Source: Candidatus Saccharimonadales bacterium
GTDB lineage: Bacteria > Patescibacteriota > Saccharimonadia > Saccharimonadales > JACQNP01
DNA length: 64,000 bases
Assembly: GCA_038257245.1 (NCBI GenBank)
Contig: JBBSJL010000001.1
Coordinates: 23,776 to 87,775 of the forward strand
Direction of reading: 5' to 3'
Positions 19,927-29,459 of the stretch are shown piece by piece. The position numbers and the translations under genes were made by a program. Within the stretch, counting starts at the first letter, position 1. Each line of letters starts with the position of its first letter. The notes under the pieces are model-generated. The model was given only the letters and a program-made list of their open reading frames with translations, did no database searches and had not been told where the DNA came from.

Positions 19927-21450
19927 TTGGATCAGGAATTAGCTTTAGAAATATTACTCAGTGGCAAAAATGTACTCCTGACAGGGGCGGCTGGTTCCGG
20001 TAAAACATATTTACTGAACAAGTATATTCGACATGCAAAGTCAGAAGGCAAGCATGTTGCAGTTACTGCAACTACTGGACTAGCAGCTACCCATCTTGGC
20101 GGCAATACAATTCACGCCTGGAGTGGTATGGGTATATATGACAAGTTACCAAAAAGTTTTTATGACAATTTACTAAAAGGCCGACGTGATATTATTAACA
20201 AAACAGATGTTTTAATTATAGATGAAGTGTCTATGTTGCATGACTACCGCTTAGACATGGTGGACGAAATTGCCCGGAGGGTTAGAGAAAATGATAAGCC
20301 CTTTGGGGGAATCCAGGTTGTTTTGTGCGGTGATTTCTTTCAACTTCCGCCAGTTAGTAGGAGTGACGAGCCAGAAAGTAGGTTTGTAGTAAGCTCGGCT
20401 GTCTGGGAAGAATTTAACCCAGTAACATGTTATTTGGCAGAACAACATAGGCAAAATGATGATGCATATTCGGAGATACTAAATGCACTAAGAGCAAATG
20501 ATTTGCGACGTCGCCATGCAGAAGCTTTGCTGTCGCGTCAAAAGACTTCTAAAACGGATCATGAAATTACCGAATTGCACACCACGAATGTTGATGTAGA
20601 TGCAATCAACAGTGAACGACTTGATAAACTCAACACCGAGGAACACGTTTACGAATCTGAGACTACTGGCAAAACAAATTATATAGATAATTTGAAGAGG
20701 TCGTGTTTGGCAAGTGATCAACTGGTGCTAAAAGAAGGTGCGTTTGTCATGTGCATTAAAAATAATCCAGAAAAAAAATACGTAAACGGTAGTTTAGGCA
20801 TAGTAATCGGATTCGATAAAGGTACTGACAACCCTATAGTAAAGTTAAATAACGGGCGTACACTAACAATTGGGCCCGAAACTTGGGAACTAAGAGATGG
20901 TGACAAAAAAAGAGCAAGTCTGAGCCAGGTACCGCTAAGATTAGCGTGGGCGATTACTGTTCACAAAAGCCAAGGCATGACTTTGGACGCAGCAAGAATA
21001 GATTTACGTAAAGCGTTTGTGGAAGGAATGGGTTATGTTGCATTGTCCCGAGTTAGGAGTCTAGATACACTGAGTTTGGTGGGTATAAATCAAATGGCGC
21101 TGAAGGTAAGCACAGAAGCACTAGAAATTGATCAACTTTTGCAAAGACAGTCAACTAAAGATAATAAAAGATTTGAGCATCTACGAGTACAAGCCAAAAA
21201 ACGTGCTGAAGAACCATCAGTAAAATCACCAGGCAAAGGCCCTTGGGCTACAAAACTTGCAAAAATGCGCGAGCAATACCCAAATGCTTACCGCCCATGG
21301 AAGCCATCTGATGACGAAAAGCTAGTAAAGTTATTTACGAAGAACAACAACGTTAAAGTAGACGAACTTGTAAAGACTTTTGGCAGACACCCAAGATCAA
21401 TCCGTCTCAGACTAGAAAAGCACTTTGGCGAAGACGCAGTTCCAAATTAG
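19927..21450 (+). CDS. PIF1/RecD-family SF1B ATP-dependent DNA helicase with C-terminal extension
   Basis: Walker A LLTGAAGSGKTY, DEVSM, CGDFFQLPPV, and VHKSQGMT motif. Confidence 0.75.
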   Translation: MDQELALEILLSGKNVLLTGAAGSGKTYLLNKYIRHAKSEGKHVAVTATTGLAATHLGGNTIHAWSGMGIYDKLPKSFYDNLLKGRRDIINKTDVLIIDEVSMLHDYRLDMVDEIARRVRENDKPFGGIQVVLCGDFFQLPPVSRSDEPESRFVVSSAVWEEFNPVTCYLAEQHRQNDDAYSEILNALRANDLRRRHAEALLSRQKTSKTDHEITELHTTNVDVDAINSERLDKLNTEEHVYESETTGKTNYIDNLKRSCLASDQLVLKEGAFVMCIKNNPEKKYVNGSLGIVIGFDKGTDNPIVKLNNGRTLTIGPETWELRDGDKKRASLSQVPLRLAWAITVHKSQGMTLDAARIDLRKAFVEGMGYVALSRVRSLDTLSLVGINQMALKVSTEALEIDQLLQRQSTKDNKRFEHLRVQAKKRAEEPSVKSPGKGPWATKLAKMREQYPNAYRPWKPSDDEKLVKLFTKNNNVKVDELVKTFGRHPRSIRLRLEKHFGEDAVPN

Positions 21451-21455
21451 TTACA

Positions 21456-21932
21456 TTATAGATAGTTGAATATTTTGGTTTGTTGATTATCTAAGTTATT
21501 GAAATTTTCAGTGGTTAAGAACTTTGGTAGTATGTGGTTTTTGGATGGATCTACAAAGTCAATTTCTTCTATTTCTTCCTCGCCGTGAGTCGTGTTTAAT
21601 AAATCGATATTGACATAGTCTTGGGGGTTAAGAACGTTAAAGAAAAGCTCAAATTGTTCGTTGCCAGTATCTTTTTCCTTGAACTGCTGAATATATAGTA
21701 AGTTACCAACTTTTGGTTTTACTCCGGTTTCTTCGATCATTTCGCGTTCAAGTGCCGCGTGCGCGGACTCGCCAAAATCTATGCCGCCCCCAGGTGTGCA
21801 CCAGTAGAATTCTCTGGACTTTCTATTGTATGGTTTGAGCCTAACGCAAAGAAGCTTACCTTCTAGTAAAATTATCCCCCGGACAGTTAGACGTCTTTTC
21901 ATCCCACCATTATAACAATAAAACGCATTCAT
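21456..21932 (-). CDS. NUDIX hydrolase
   Basis: Nudix box GGGIDFGESAHAALEREMIEETGV. Confidence 0.75.
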   Translation of the reverse strand: MNAFYCYNGGMKRRLTVRGIILLEGKLLCVRLKPYNRKSREFYWCTPGGGIDFGESAHAALEREMIEETGVKPKVGNLLYIQQFKEKDTGNEQFELFFNVLNPQDYVNIDLLNTTHGEEEIEEIDFVDPSKNHILPKFLTTENFNNLDNQQTKIFNYL

Positions 21933-21986
21933 AGATTATTATGCCTATGCTTGCAATAATCAATAGCAACTGTCAATATTGTTCCC

Positions 21987-22640
21987 ATGAGTGATCCACA
22001 TATTGGTGGTTTTCCTGATTTTGAAATGAGCCTTGGTAGCCACGAAGTAGAAGAATTTCGTGATAGTGTTGTTTTTCGGTCTATAGATAGATTATGGGGT
22101 GGTTCTTTCATAAATGAAGCAGTGCCTACGGACCAAGTAGAAATTAAAAAAACTGTAATTGGTCCAGACGAGACAACAAAATTGACACTGGGAGGGTACT
22201 GTATATTAGATCAAATCGAGCCTGAATCAGACGAAGTAGTAGCACACGTAGCACATGTTGGAGTGGATGACTTGCAGCCCACAGAAATGGTGCAAGACCT
22301 GGCTGAGCAGATTAAATGCGAATACGAATTACAAGGTCTAGACACGTGTTTAGTTGAAGACCTGGACGGCGCTACAGTATGGATGAGCCGGAACTACGAT
22401 TTCTTCGCAGGCAACGGCAGTACTATATTGGAAGTAGAACATGCGTATCTATTGATGGACTTGGACGGTGACTACATATATGATCCGCGACTTAATTTGT
22501 ATACCCCAAAGGATACGAGCGACTGCACAGAAAAATTTTTCGAAATTGTAGAAGAGCTGGGCTTAAATGATTCTGTTTTGAAAGTCGAAGATACGCTTAG
22601 AATCAGAACAGCATTATCGATGTTAGGTTTAGGTGCGTAA
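21987..22640 (+). CDS. Hypothetical acidic protein (first gene of a 3-gene overlapping operon)
   Basis: No motif recognised; its stop overlaps the next start. Confidence 0.4.
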   Translation: MSDPHIGGFPDFEMSLGSHEVEEFRDSVVFRSIDRLWGGSFINEAVPTDQVEIKKTVIGPDETTKLTLGGYCILDQIEPESDEVVAHVAHVGVDDLQPTEMVQDLAEQIKCEYELQGLDTCLVEDLDGATVWMSRNYDFFAGNGSTILEVEHAYLLMDLDGDYIYDPRLNLYTPKDTSDCTEKFFEIVEELGLNDSVLKVEDTLRIRTALSMLGLGA

Positions 22641-23229
22641 TACAATGTTGCATGCTAAGAATTGCTTTGAGGCTGTCAAGGATATAGATACTGTTATTCG
22701 GGGGAGTCTAGACCCTAGCCAACGTTATTTTGCTGTAGGCGGTATCGCAACTAGTGCTATTAGGCACGAGGACACGAATTATGATTTTAGACAAAGGTTA
22801 GTCGTGCCAAGCCCAGAAGCTGCCGATCCAATTTTGCGAGAAAACAGTACCACCAGAGATATTGATTTGATAATCGCTGATGTTATAGAAGATGAGCAAG
22901 CAGAAGAAATTGTTAAGAGAGTTTCTGAAGTTACGCCATTAGTTGTCTCAGTTTTTGGGTTAGATAAGTATAGACCCCCCAGTAAAGCAATCAAGTTAGT
23001 TAATACTGCGACTGATTGGACATCAAGAAGGACTGCAGATGAAGATGGGAATATACGGCTTGAGCTATTTCCTTTAACCCAAGTACTTCAACCAGAATCA
23101 TTTGATCCGTGGACACTTGAATTGCCAGAAACAGATCGAGCTCTAAGCGTTCTGAGTCCTCCGGGGCACATGTTGGCATATAGAAACGATCAATATCCGG
23201 CGTTAGGTTTAAAGACGTTGATAAGTTGA
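22633..23229 (+). CDS. Hypothetical protein (weak nucleotidyltransferase-fold-like G-G/S ... DIDL pattern)
   Basis: GGIATSAI ... RDIDLII. The spacing is atypical, so the call is tentative. Confidence 0.35.
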   Translation: MRNTMLHAKNCFEAVKDIDTVIRGSLDPSQRYFAVGGIATSAIRHEDTNYDFRQRLVVPSPEAADPILRENSTTRDIDLIIADVIEDEQAEEIVKRVSEVTPLVVSVFGLDKYRPPSKAIKLVNTATDWTSRRTADEDGNIRLELFPLTQVLQPESFDPWTLELPETDRALSVLSPPGHMLAYRNDQYPALGLKTLIS

Positions 23230-23516
23230 ACGATATGACCGATAAGGTGATGGCCGTTTCTGAATTTAGGCGAGAGATCTTAGAAGGACGTTTCGTGGAA
23301 TGGTTTAAATTTTCGCAAGCAATATATCAGATTATCGATGGCAAGATGGATCTGAGTGACCTAATGTTGGTAGAGGGAACAACTCAAGCCGACCTAAATA
23401 GGCTTAGTGTTAAAGGAAGAGCTCTACGTAGACTAGAAAGCGACCCTCATTTAATTAAGTTGGCTCAATCTCCTTTCGGAGAAAAAGCTCTCAGCCCATT
23501 TACTCGAACGAAGTAG
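23226..23516 (+). CDS. Hypothetical small protein (third gene of the operon)
   Basis: Start overlaps the previous stop (ATGA type); 96 aa. Confidence 0.35.
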   Translation: MNDMTDKVMAVSEFRREILEGRFVEWFKFSQAIYQIIDGKMDLSDLMLVEGTTQADLNRLSVKGRALRRLESDPHLIKLAQSPFGEKALSPFTRTK

Positions 23517-23539
23517 GCCCGGTATTGTAAACTATAGTT

Positions 23540-24088
23540 ATGAAAGAGCTTACGAGAACACAGTTCGGTAACCCCATACTTAGACAGGTGGCTCGCGAGT
23601 TATCGATCGAAGAAATTGTTTCACCAAAAGCAGGTTACCTTATAAAAAATATGAGGCACACGTTGCTCTTTAAAAAGTTGGGTGTCGGCCTAGCAGCACC
23701 TCAAATTGGCCAGGGGATTGCATTGTCAGTAATTGCTATTCGCCCAACCAAACATCGGCCAAAAACAAAGAACTTCGATCTAGTTATTATCAATCCAAAA
23801 ATCACAAAATGCTTTGGATATAGAACACAAATATGGGAGGGCTGTCTTAGTGCTGGCCCAAGTGGGTTGTTTGCGAAAGTCCCAAGATATAAGAAAGTCG
23901 AGCTCGAGTATATAGATGAAAATGGCAATAAGCATAAAAAAGTTTTTACTGGGTTGCAAGCCCAGGTAATCCAGCACGAAGTTGATCATTTGAAAGGCAG
24001 ATTATTTATGGATCTAGTAAAAGACCCTAAAACGTACGCGACACTTAAAGAATACAAGAGAAGGGTAGTAAGTAAATTACACAAATAG
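23540..24088 (+). CDS. def: Peptide deformylase
   Basis: GVGLAAPQIG, EGCLS and HEVDHLKG motifs. Confidence 0.85.
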   Translation: MKELTRTQFGNPILRQVARELSIEEIVSPKAGYLIKNMRHTLLFKKLGVGLAAPQIGQGIALSVIAIRPTKHRPKTKNFDLVIINPKITKCFGYRTQIWEGCLSAGPSGLFAKVPRYKKVELEYIDENGNKHKKVFTGLQAQVIQHEVDHLKGRLFMDLVKDPKTYATLKEYKRRVVSKLHK

Positions 24089-24118
24089 TCGATAGACCGA
24101 TAGTGTTACAATTTATTT

Positions 24119-24415
24119 ATGGGTGATACGACTGAGTTGGAAAAAATACGATTAGAAATTGACAACGTGAATATAGGGATCCTAGACCTTTTGTCAAAGA
24201 GGAGTGAGCTTATAGATAAAGTTATTCAAGCTAAAAGAGTAGATAATATTGAACCTTTGCAGCCGAAAAGGTACCAAGCAATGCTCAGTGAATTGGAATT
24301 ATTAGCGGAATCGAAGGGCATCAGCAAAGACTACATAAACGAGGTGTTTGATGTAATACATAAATATAGTTTAAAGCAACAACATAAGGAGGATAGAAAT
24401 GCCAGACGCGATTAA
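24119..24415 (+). CDS. Chorismate mutase (AroQ class, monofunctional)
   Basis: LEKIRLEIDNVNIGILDLLSKRSELIDKVIQAK matches the AroQ helix-1 pattern. Confidence 0.55.
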   Translation: MGDTTELEKIRLEIDNVNIGILDLLSKRSELIDKVIQAKRVDNIEPLQPKRYQAMLSELELLAESKGISKDYINEVFDVIHKYSLKQQHKEDRNARRD

Positions 24416-25133
24416 TCAAAAAAAGTTCAATGGTATGAGAGCGATATATATTAACTGCACACTGAAAAAATCTCCAGACGTTAGCCATACGGAACTGTTA
24501 ATTAATGCCAGCAAAAATATAATGGACAAGCAGGGAGTCAAGACTGAAGTTATTAGGCCGATTGATCGTGATATTGCAATTGGTGTCTATCCTGATATGA
24601 CTGAGCATGGTTGGGACAAAGATGATTGGCCACAAATTTATGAAAAAGTAAAACGTGCTGACATTGTAGTCTTATGCGGTCCAATATGGCTGGGAGATAA
24701 TAGTTCGGTAATGAAACAAATAATCGAACGACTTTACTCAAACTCACATTTACTGAACGAGCAAGGACAATATGCAGACTATGGGAAAGTCGGCGGGTGT
24801 TTAATAACAGGCAACGAAGATGGTGTGAAGCATTGTGCGATGAATGTTTTGTATAGTCTAGGGCATATTGGGTATACAATTCCTCCTCAAGCTGACGCCG
24901 GCTGGATAGGTGAAGCAGGCCCTGGTCCGAGCTATGGAGAAAAGCTAGAAGATGGCACGATCGCTGGGCTAGACAATGACTTCACAAATCGCAATACAAC
25001 ATTTATGACATGGAATTTAATGCACATGGCAGCAATGCTAAAGGCTAATGGTGGTATTCCGGCATTTGGCAATCAAAGGAGTGAGTGGGATGCAGGGTGT
25101 AGATTTGACTTCGAAAACCCAGAGTATAGATAA
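24399..25133 (+). CDS. Flavodoxin-like fold NAD(P)H-dependent FMN reductase/oxidoreductase
   Basis: INCTLKKSP...ADIVVLCGPIWLGDNSSVMKQIIERL (flavodoxin_2 / NADPH-dependent FMN reductase pattern). Confidence 0.55.
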   Translation: MPDAINQKKFNGMRAIYINCTLKKSPDVSHTELLINASKNIMDKQGVKTEVIRPIDRDIAIGVYPDMTEHGWDKDDWPQIYEKVKRADIVVLCGPIWLGDNSSVMKQIIERLYSNSHLLNEQGQYADYGKVGGCLITGNEDGVKHCAMNVLYSLGHIGYTIPPQADAGWIGEAGPGPSYGEKLEDGTIAGLDNDFTNRNTTFMTWNLMHMAAMLKANGGIPAFGNQRSEWDAGCRFDFENPEYR

Positions 25134-25141
25134 TAATTAAA

Positions 25142-26047
25142 CTAACACGCTTTGCGTGGAGTCGTTTTGCCCGTATGCCCAGAAGTTGCGTAGGACCGTT
25201 TTACCAACAAAGCAACATTGTTTCGGCATTTTGCAGTTTCTATACCGGAACTTATACCGGCAGATATATCTTCATGCCTACCAACGGCATAAGTGCCAAC
25301 AATTCTCAATAGGTCATGAACATCATGGTAGGCTTCTGTGCCATCAGGCTTCACAGAAGTTCTTATAACTTGTTTACCTTTTGATAGTTTTTCATCCACT
25401 ACTTTTTTATCTTTAAGGCTTCCGATATGTTTATTTATTAAGCTTCTTGATGTTTCTATTTCATCACCATGTTCAAAGCAGAATTCTACCAGGTCTTCTG
25501 TAGAAAATGACCCCGAAGTACTAGGACTATCGATAGTAAGAGACAAAATACCGGTTAGTATCCCTAGACGGTTTAGAATGGCATTAGCATTATTTGCAGA
25601 TAATCTCTTTTCGCCAATAATTGTTCGTAACGACCTATTATTTCTAATTGAATAGGTTATCAGGTCGCCAGCCAAGCCTGCAATGAAATCGCCTGCAAAG
25701 TCTGGGTTTCTCTGTGCCCATGACGCGGTTGAATGTTTTTCGGGGATTGGTTCGGAAACGACAGTGACGAATCCGTCATTGGTCTTGCTCAGTATCCCTT
25801 GAACATTGAACCGGCTTTGAGGAACCAGATCAAAAGCACCGCTATCTGACAAGCTTTCTCGAATATCTAAAACTGAAACACGCTCTTGAGGCGTGAACCC
25901 AATCGCTAAACACTTAGCTTCTGTATTTACGTCCCCAAGAATAAGAGCCATCTGTTCAAGATCAAACATAGCCACACTTCTACTATCAATTTGCTCACAT
26001 GTAAGTGCAGCACCTTCACCGAATGTCATAGACAATGATATTAACAT
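25142..26047 (-). CDS. Hypothetical protein
   Basis: 301 aa, no TM and no confidently recognised motif. Convergent with the flavodoxin-like gene. Confidence 0.4.
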   Translation of the reverse strand: MLISLSMTFGEGAALTCEQIDSRSVAMFDLEQMALILGDVNTEAKCLAIGFTPQERVSVLDIRESLSDSGAFDLVPQSRFNVQGILSKTNDGFVTVVSEPIPEKHSTASWAQRNPDFAGDFIAGLAGDLITYSIRNNRSLRTIIGEKRLSANNANAILNRLGILTGILSLTIDSPSTSGSFSTEDLVEFCFEHGDEIETSRSLINKHIGSLKDKKVVDEKLSKGKQVIRTSVKPDGTEAYHDVHDLLRIVGTYAVGRHEDISAGISSGIETAKCRNNVALLVKRSYATSGHTGKTTPRKAC

Positions 26048-26211
26048 ATAAAGTCGTAAAATTCAATACCTACTATCTAAATTAGATCATAATGAGGCAG
26101 TAGGGTATATGCCGCAAGTGTTTGGAAGCAAATAGAAATAGGTGGTGTCGGCACACTAATTAAAAACCTCACCGATTGTAAATTAAATTAAAAACAAACA
26201 TAATAGTAATA

Positions 26212-27474
26212 ATGAACGAAAATGACAGCCCAAAGATATTCCCCAAAAACTTTTTTTGGGGTGCTAGTACTGCTTCCCATCAGGTAGAGGGTGGGACAGC
26301 CAATCAGTGGTCTGAGTGGGAATTGGCTAACGCAAAAGAACTAGCCCAGACCGCTCACCAACGATTATCTTGGCTAAGCAACTGGGATGTGGTAAAAAAA
26401 CAAGCCGAGGACCCAAATAATTATGTATCTGGCAAAGGTGTTGACCACTATAGTCGCTACAAAGAAGACTTTGATATTGTCAATAAGCTAAACATGAACG
26501 CGTTTAGGTTTGGTATTGAGTGGTCTCGCATTGAACCAGAAGACGGGCACTGGGACGAAAAAGAAATTCAACACTATAAAACCTACATTGCCGAACTTCG
26601 GAACCGGGGCATAGAGCCGTTTTTAAATATTTGGCACTGGACGTTCCCGACATGGTTCGCTGATATGGGCGGGTTTAAGAATAGATCAAACATAGAGTAT
26701 TTTGAGCGATTTGTAAAAAAAGTATCGGAAGAGTTTTGCGACGATATTACGTATCTGATTACACTAAATGAACCCAACGTATACAGCAGTTTTAGTTATG
26801 CCACTGGGGAGTGGCCACCACAAGAAAAGAGTTGGCTTAGTACGTCCCGAGTCTACATTAATCTTGTTACTGCACATAAACGTGCCTATAAGCTACTGAA
26901 GAAGAACAAACCGTCCTTGCAGATAGGTGTAGCTGCACAATTAGCTAACATTCAAGCCAAAAGGCCACATAGTTTAATCGATAGCTTTGCAACGAAATGG
27001 ATGCGATATTTTTGGAATTGGTGGTTTTTGTATCGGATTAAGAACCAACAGGATTACGTAGGGTTTAACTATTATTTCACTGATTACTACGCAGGCATAG
27101 CTAAGCGTGAGAACCCCAAAGTACCTTTGAATGATCTTGGATGGTACATGGAACCGGAAGGGCTATATCCGCTACTAATCAGGCTTTGGAGTAAGTACAA
27201 AAAGCCAATATTCATTACAGAAAATGGTTTAGCCGATTCTGCAGACAAGTATCGCAGATGGTGGATTGAAGAAACGATTGTTGCCATGGAGAGGGCAATC
27301 AGTGAAGGCGTGGACATACAAGGATACTTTCATTGGAGCTTGCTTGACAACTTTGAATGGAAATATGGCTGGTGGCCAAAGTTCGGTTTAGTAGAGGTTG
27401 ATCGTGAAAATGGCATGAAAAGGACTATCCGCCCAAGTGCAAAATGGTTTGCAGCAAAAATTAAAGAGCTGTAG
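26212..27474 (+). CDS. Glycoside hydrolase family 1 beta-glucosidase
   Basis: FFWGASTASHQVEG, LNEPN (acid/base Glu) and ITENG (nucleophile Glu). Confidence 0.9.
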   Translation: MNENDSPKIFPKNFFWGASTASHQVEGGTANQWSEWELANAKELAQTAHQRLSWLSNWDVVKKQAEDPNNYVSGKGVDHYSRYKEDFDIVNKLNMNAFRFGIEWSRIEPEDGHWDEKEIQHYKTYIAELRNRGIEPFLNIWHWTFPTWFADMGGFKNRSNIEYFERFVKKVSEEFCDDITYLITLNEPNVYSSFSYATGEWPPQEKSWLSTSRVYINLVTAHKRAYKLLKKNKPSLQIGVAAQLANIQAKRPHSLIDSFATKWMRYFWNWWFLYRIKNQQDYVGFNYYFTDYYAGIAKRENPKVPLNDLGWYMEPEGLYPLLIRLWSKYKKPIFITENGLADSADKYRRWWIEETIVAMERAISEGVDIQGYFHWSLLDNFEWKYGWWPKFGLVEVDRENGMKRTIRPSAKWFAAKIKEL

Positions 27475-27552
27475 TAGGGTAATTACTTGAGTCTGTTTCG
27501 AGAGTCAATACGCTATATCTTGTGTAGTGACGGAAAAAACATCAATAACTGT

Positions 27553-27589
27553 GGATAACTACCCAATTCAGGGTAGTTATCTTTATTAA
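27553..27589 (+). terminator. Intrinsic terminator downstream of the beta-glucosidase gene
   Basis: 11-bp perfect inverted repeat GATAACTACCC-aattca-GGGTAGTTATC followed by a T-rich tract. Confidence 0.55.
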
Positions 27590-27600
27590 AGTACTTGCAA

Positions 27601-27646
27601 GTGGGTAGTGGTGGGTTGTATGCTCTAGTTAGTGGGTAATCGTGGG
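27601..27646 (+). promoter_or_regulatory. Four GTGGG direct repeats (candidate MraZ operator boxes) upstream of mraZ/dcw
   Basis: GTGGGTAG at 27601 and 27642, GTGGGTTG at 27611 and GTGGGTAA at 27632, spaced 10/21/10 bp, about 65-110 bp upstream of the mraZ ATG. Confidence 0.55.
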
Positions 27647-27710
27647 TAGACCAAAAGTAGTCTCACTCACCAAAAAACAAAAACCACTAGCAGCTTAACC
27701 AAAAAACACC

Positions 27711-28070
27711 ATGGCCACGGTAGATTATTTTGAAAGAAAACTTGACGATAAAAGGAGGTTAACCATACCTACCGAACTTCGTGATGAGTTTTCCAGAGGG
27801 ATAGTAATAACCCAAGGGTTTCAAAACTATTTACATCTGTACCCAAAATCAGTCTGGGATGAACAGGTAGAATCGCAGTTACAAGGTAATATCCTTGATG
27901 AGCGTACTGCAGATCTAAATGTAAAATTCCGGATGGGCAAAGTAGAGAGCGTGCTGGACGAAAAACAAGGACGAATCGTTATAGATCAGCACTTACTCGA
28001 CTATGCAGGTATAGACCGTGGGATAGCGGCAATAAGAGCAGGGCGATACTGGCGAATCCAGGCTAGTTAA
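27711..28070 (+). CDS. mraZ: Transcriptional regulator MraZ
   Basis: Two SpoVT/AbrB-like repeats (KLDDKRRLTIPTELRDEF and QGRIVIDQHLLDYAGIDRGIAAI). It is the first gene of the dcw cluster. Confidence 0.8.
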   Translation: MATVDYFERKLDDKRRLTIPTELRDEFSRGIVITQGFQNYLHLYPKSVWDEQVESQLQGNILDERTADLNVKFRMGKVESVLDEKQGRIVIDQHLLDYAGIDRGIAAIRAGRYWRIQAS

Positions 28071-28393
28071 AACAAAAACCCTTGTTCGTAGCTGACGAAC
28101 ATTAACAATTTGGACCGAATAGCAAATAACGACTCGAGGTTAGCTATCCGGTAGTCAGCAAGTGGTCGAAGGCACCACTATAATAACCTTTGCACCTTAC
28201 GAAAACACCTCCCAAAACTCCACCTCACACATAAGTCTCTCAAAACTTAGGATGAACCAGAACGGAGTTTATAAGATTTTCTAAAATCTTAAAAAATTAC
28301 TCCGATACGTTCCAGTTCTCCAAACAAAAACAAAAACACCAAAAAAACAAAAAGCTGATTACTGGATAGGTGACCTTGTAAAAACAAAAAGCA

Positions 28394-29302
28394 ATGAAAA
28401 ATACAAACAAAAATCACCAAAATCAACATTTTCCAGTACTTCTAGAAGAAGTGCTTTCATATCTAGATCCAAAGGAAGGGGAATCATACCTCGACTGTAC
28501 GGCTGGTTATGGCGGGCATGCTTCAAAAATATTGGAACGCACCTTAACTCCGGCGAAAGCCGTCTTAGTAGATCGCGATCAACAGGCAGTTGATTATTTG
28601 AATGATCAGTTTACGAGCGAAATAAATATAGTCCACACGGATTATCTAAATGCTGCTCAAAAGCTAGATAATGACAATAAACAATTCGACATGATTTTGG
28701 TAGACTTGGGCGTATCGTCACCACACCTCGACATAGCGAGTCGTGGGTTTAGTATTCGGACAGATGGACCACTAGACATGCGAATGGATAGCTCTCAATC
28801 AGTATCAGCAGAGACGATAGTTAATGGCTACGATGAAGACGATATAGTTGAGATCCTCCGTAAGTATGGTGAAGAGCCTAAAGCAAAAAAAATTGCCAAG
28901 CTAATAGTAGAAAATCGACCAATTACAACAACCACACAACTAGCAAATGTTGCTGCCCAAGCTTGGCCGGGTTATAGCAAGGTTCATCCTGCTACGCGAA
29001 CGTTCCAAGCAATACGCATAGCGGTAAATAGCGAATTGGAACAAATCCAACAAGCATTACCAATTTGGATAAATATGCTGAAGCCCGGTGGGCGAATAGT
29101 GATCATAAGTTTTCACAGTCTAGAAGATAGAATCGTGAAAGATATATTTAAAGAATATGCTGGTGATCACTACGACGCTTTACTGCAACTTCTGACAAAA
29201 AAGCCAGTTGCAGGCAGCAGCGATGAAATAGTTAACAATCCGCGAGCAAGAAGCGCAAAACTTCGAGCCGCAGTTAAAATAAAAACAAAAAGAACGGAGT
29301 AG
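28394..29302 (+). CDS. rsmH: 16S rRNA (cytosine1402-N4)-methyltransferase
   Basis: HFPVLLEEVL, DCTAGYGGHA, DLGVSS and a typical C-terminus. Confidence 0.9.
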   Translation: MKNTNKNHQNQHFPVLLEEVLSYLDPKEGESYLDCTAGYGGHASKILERTLTPAKAVLVDRDQQAVDYLNDQFTSEINIVHTDYLNAAQKLDNDNKQFDMILVDLGVSSPHLDIASRGFSIRTDGPLDMRMDSSQSVSAETIVNGYDEDDIVEILRKYGEEPKAKKIAKLIVENRPITTTTQLANVAAQAWPGYSKVHPATRTFQAIRIAVNSELEQIQQALPIWINMLKPGGRIVIISFHSLEDRIVKDIFKEYAGDHYDALLQLLTKKPVAGSSDEIVNNPRARSAKLRAAVKIKTKRTE

Positions 29303-29383
29303 CTATGCCAATACAGGTAAAAAGCCTTTCCCGATCCTACAAAGTTAAGGTTCGAGTAGCCTAACAATAGGACGGTAACCAAG

Positions 29384-29420
29384 CCGGACTACTATCTAGG
29401 ATTGCATGATAGTAGTCCGG
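29384..29420 (+). other. Perfect 13-bp inverted repeat (stable RNA hairpin) in the rsmH-ftsL intergenic region
   Basis: CCGGACTACTATC-11nt-GATAGTAGTCCGG with no U-tract on either strand. Confidence 0.3.
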
Positions 29421-29459
29421 CACCAAAAATAATTTAAACAAAAACAAACATTAAAAAAC

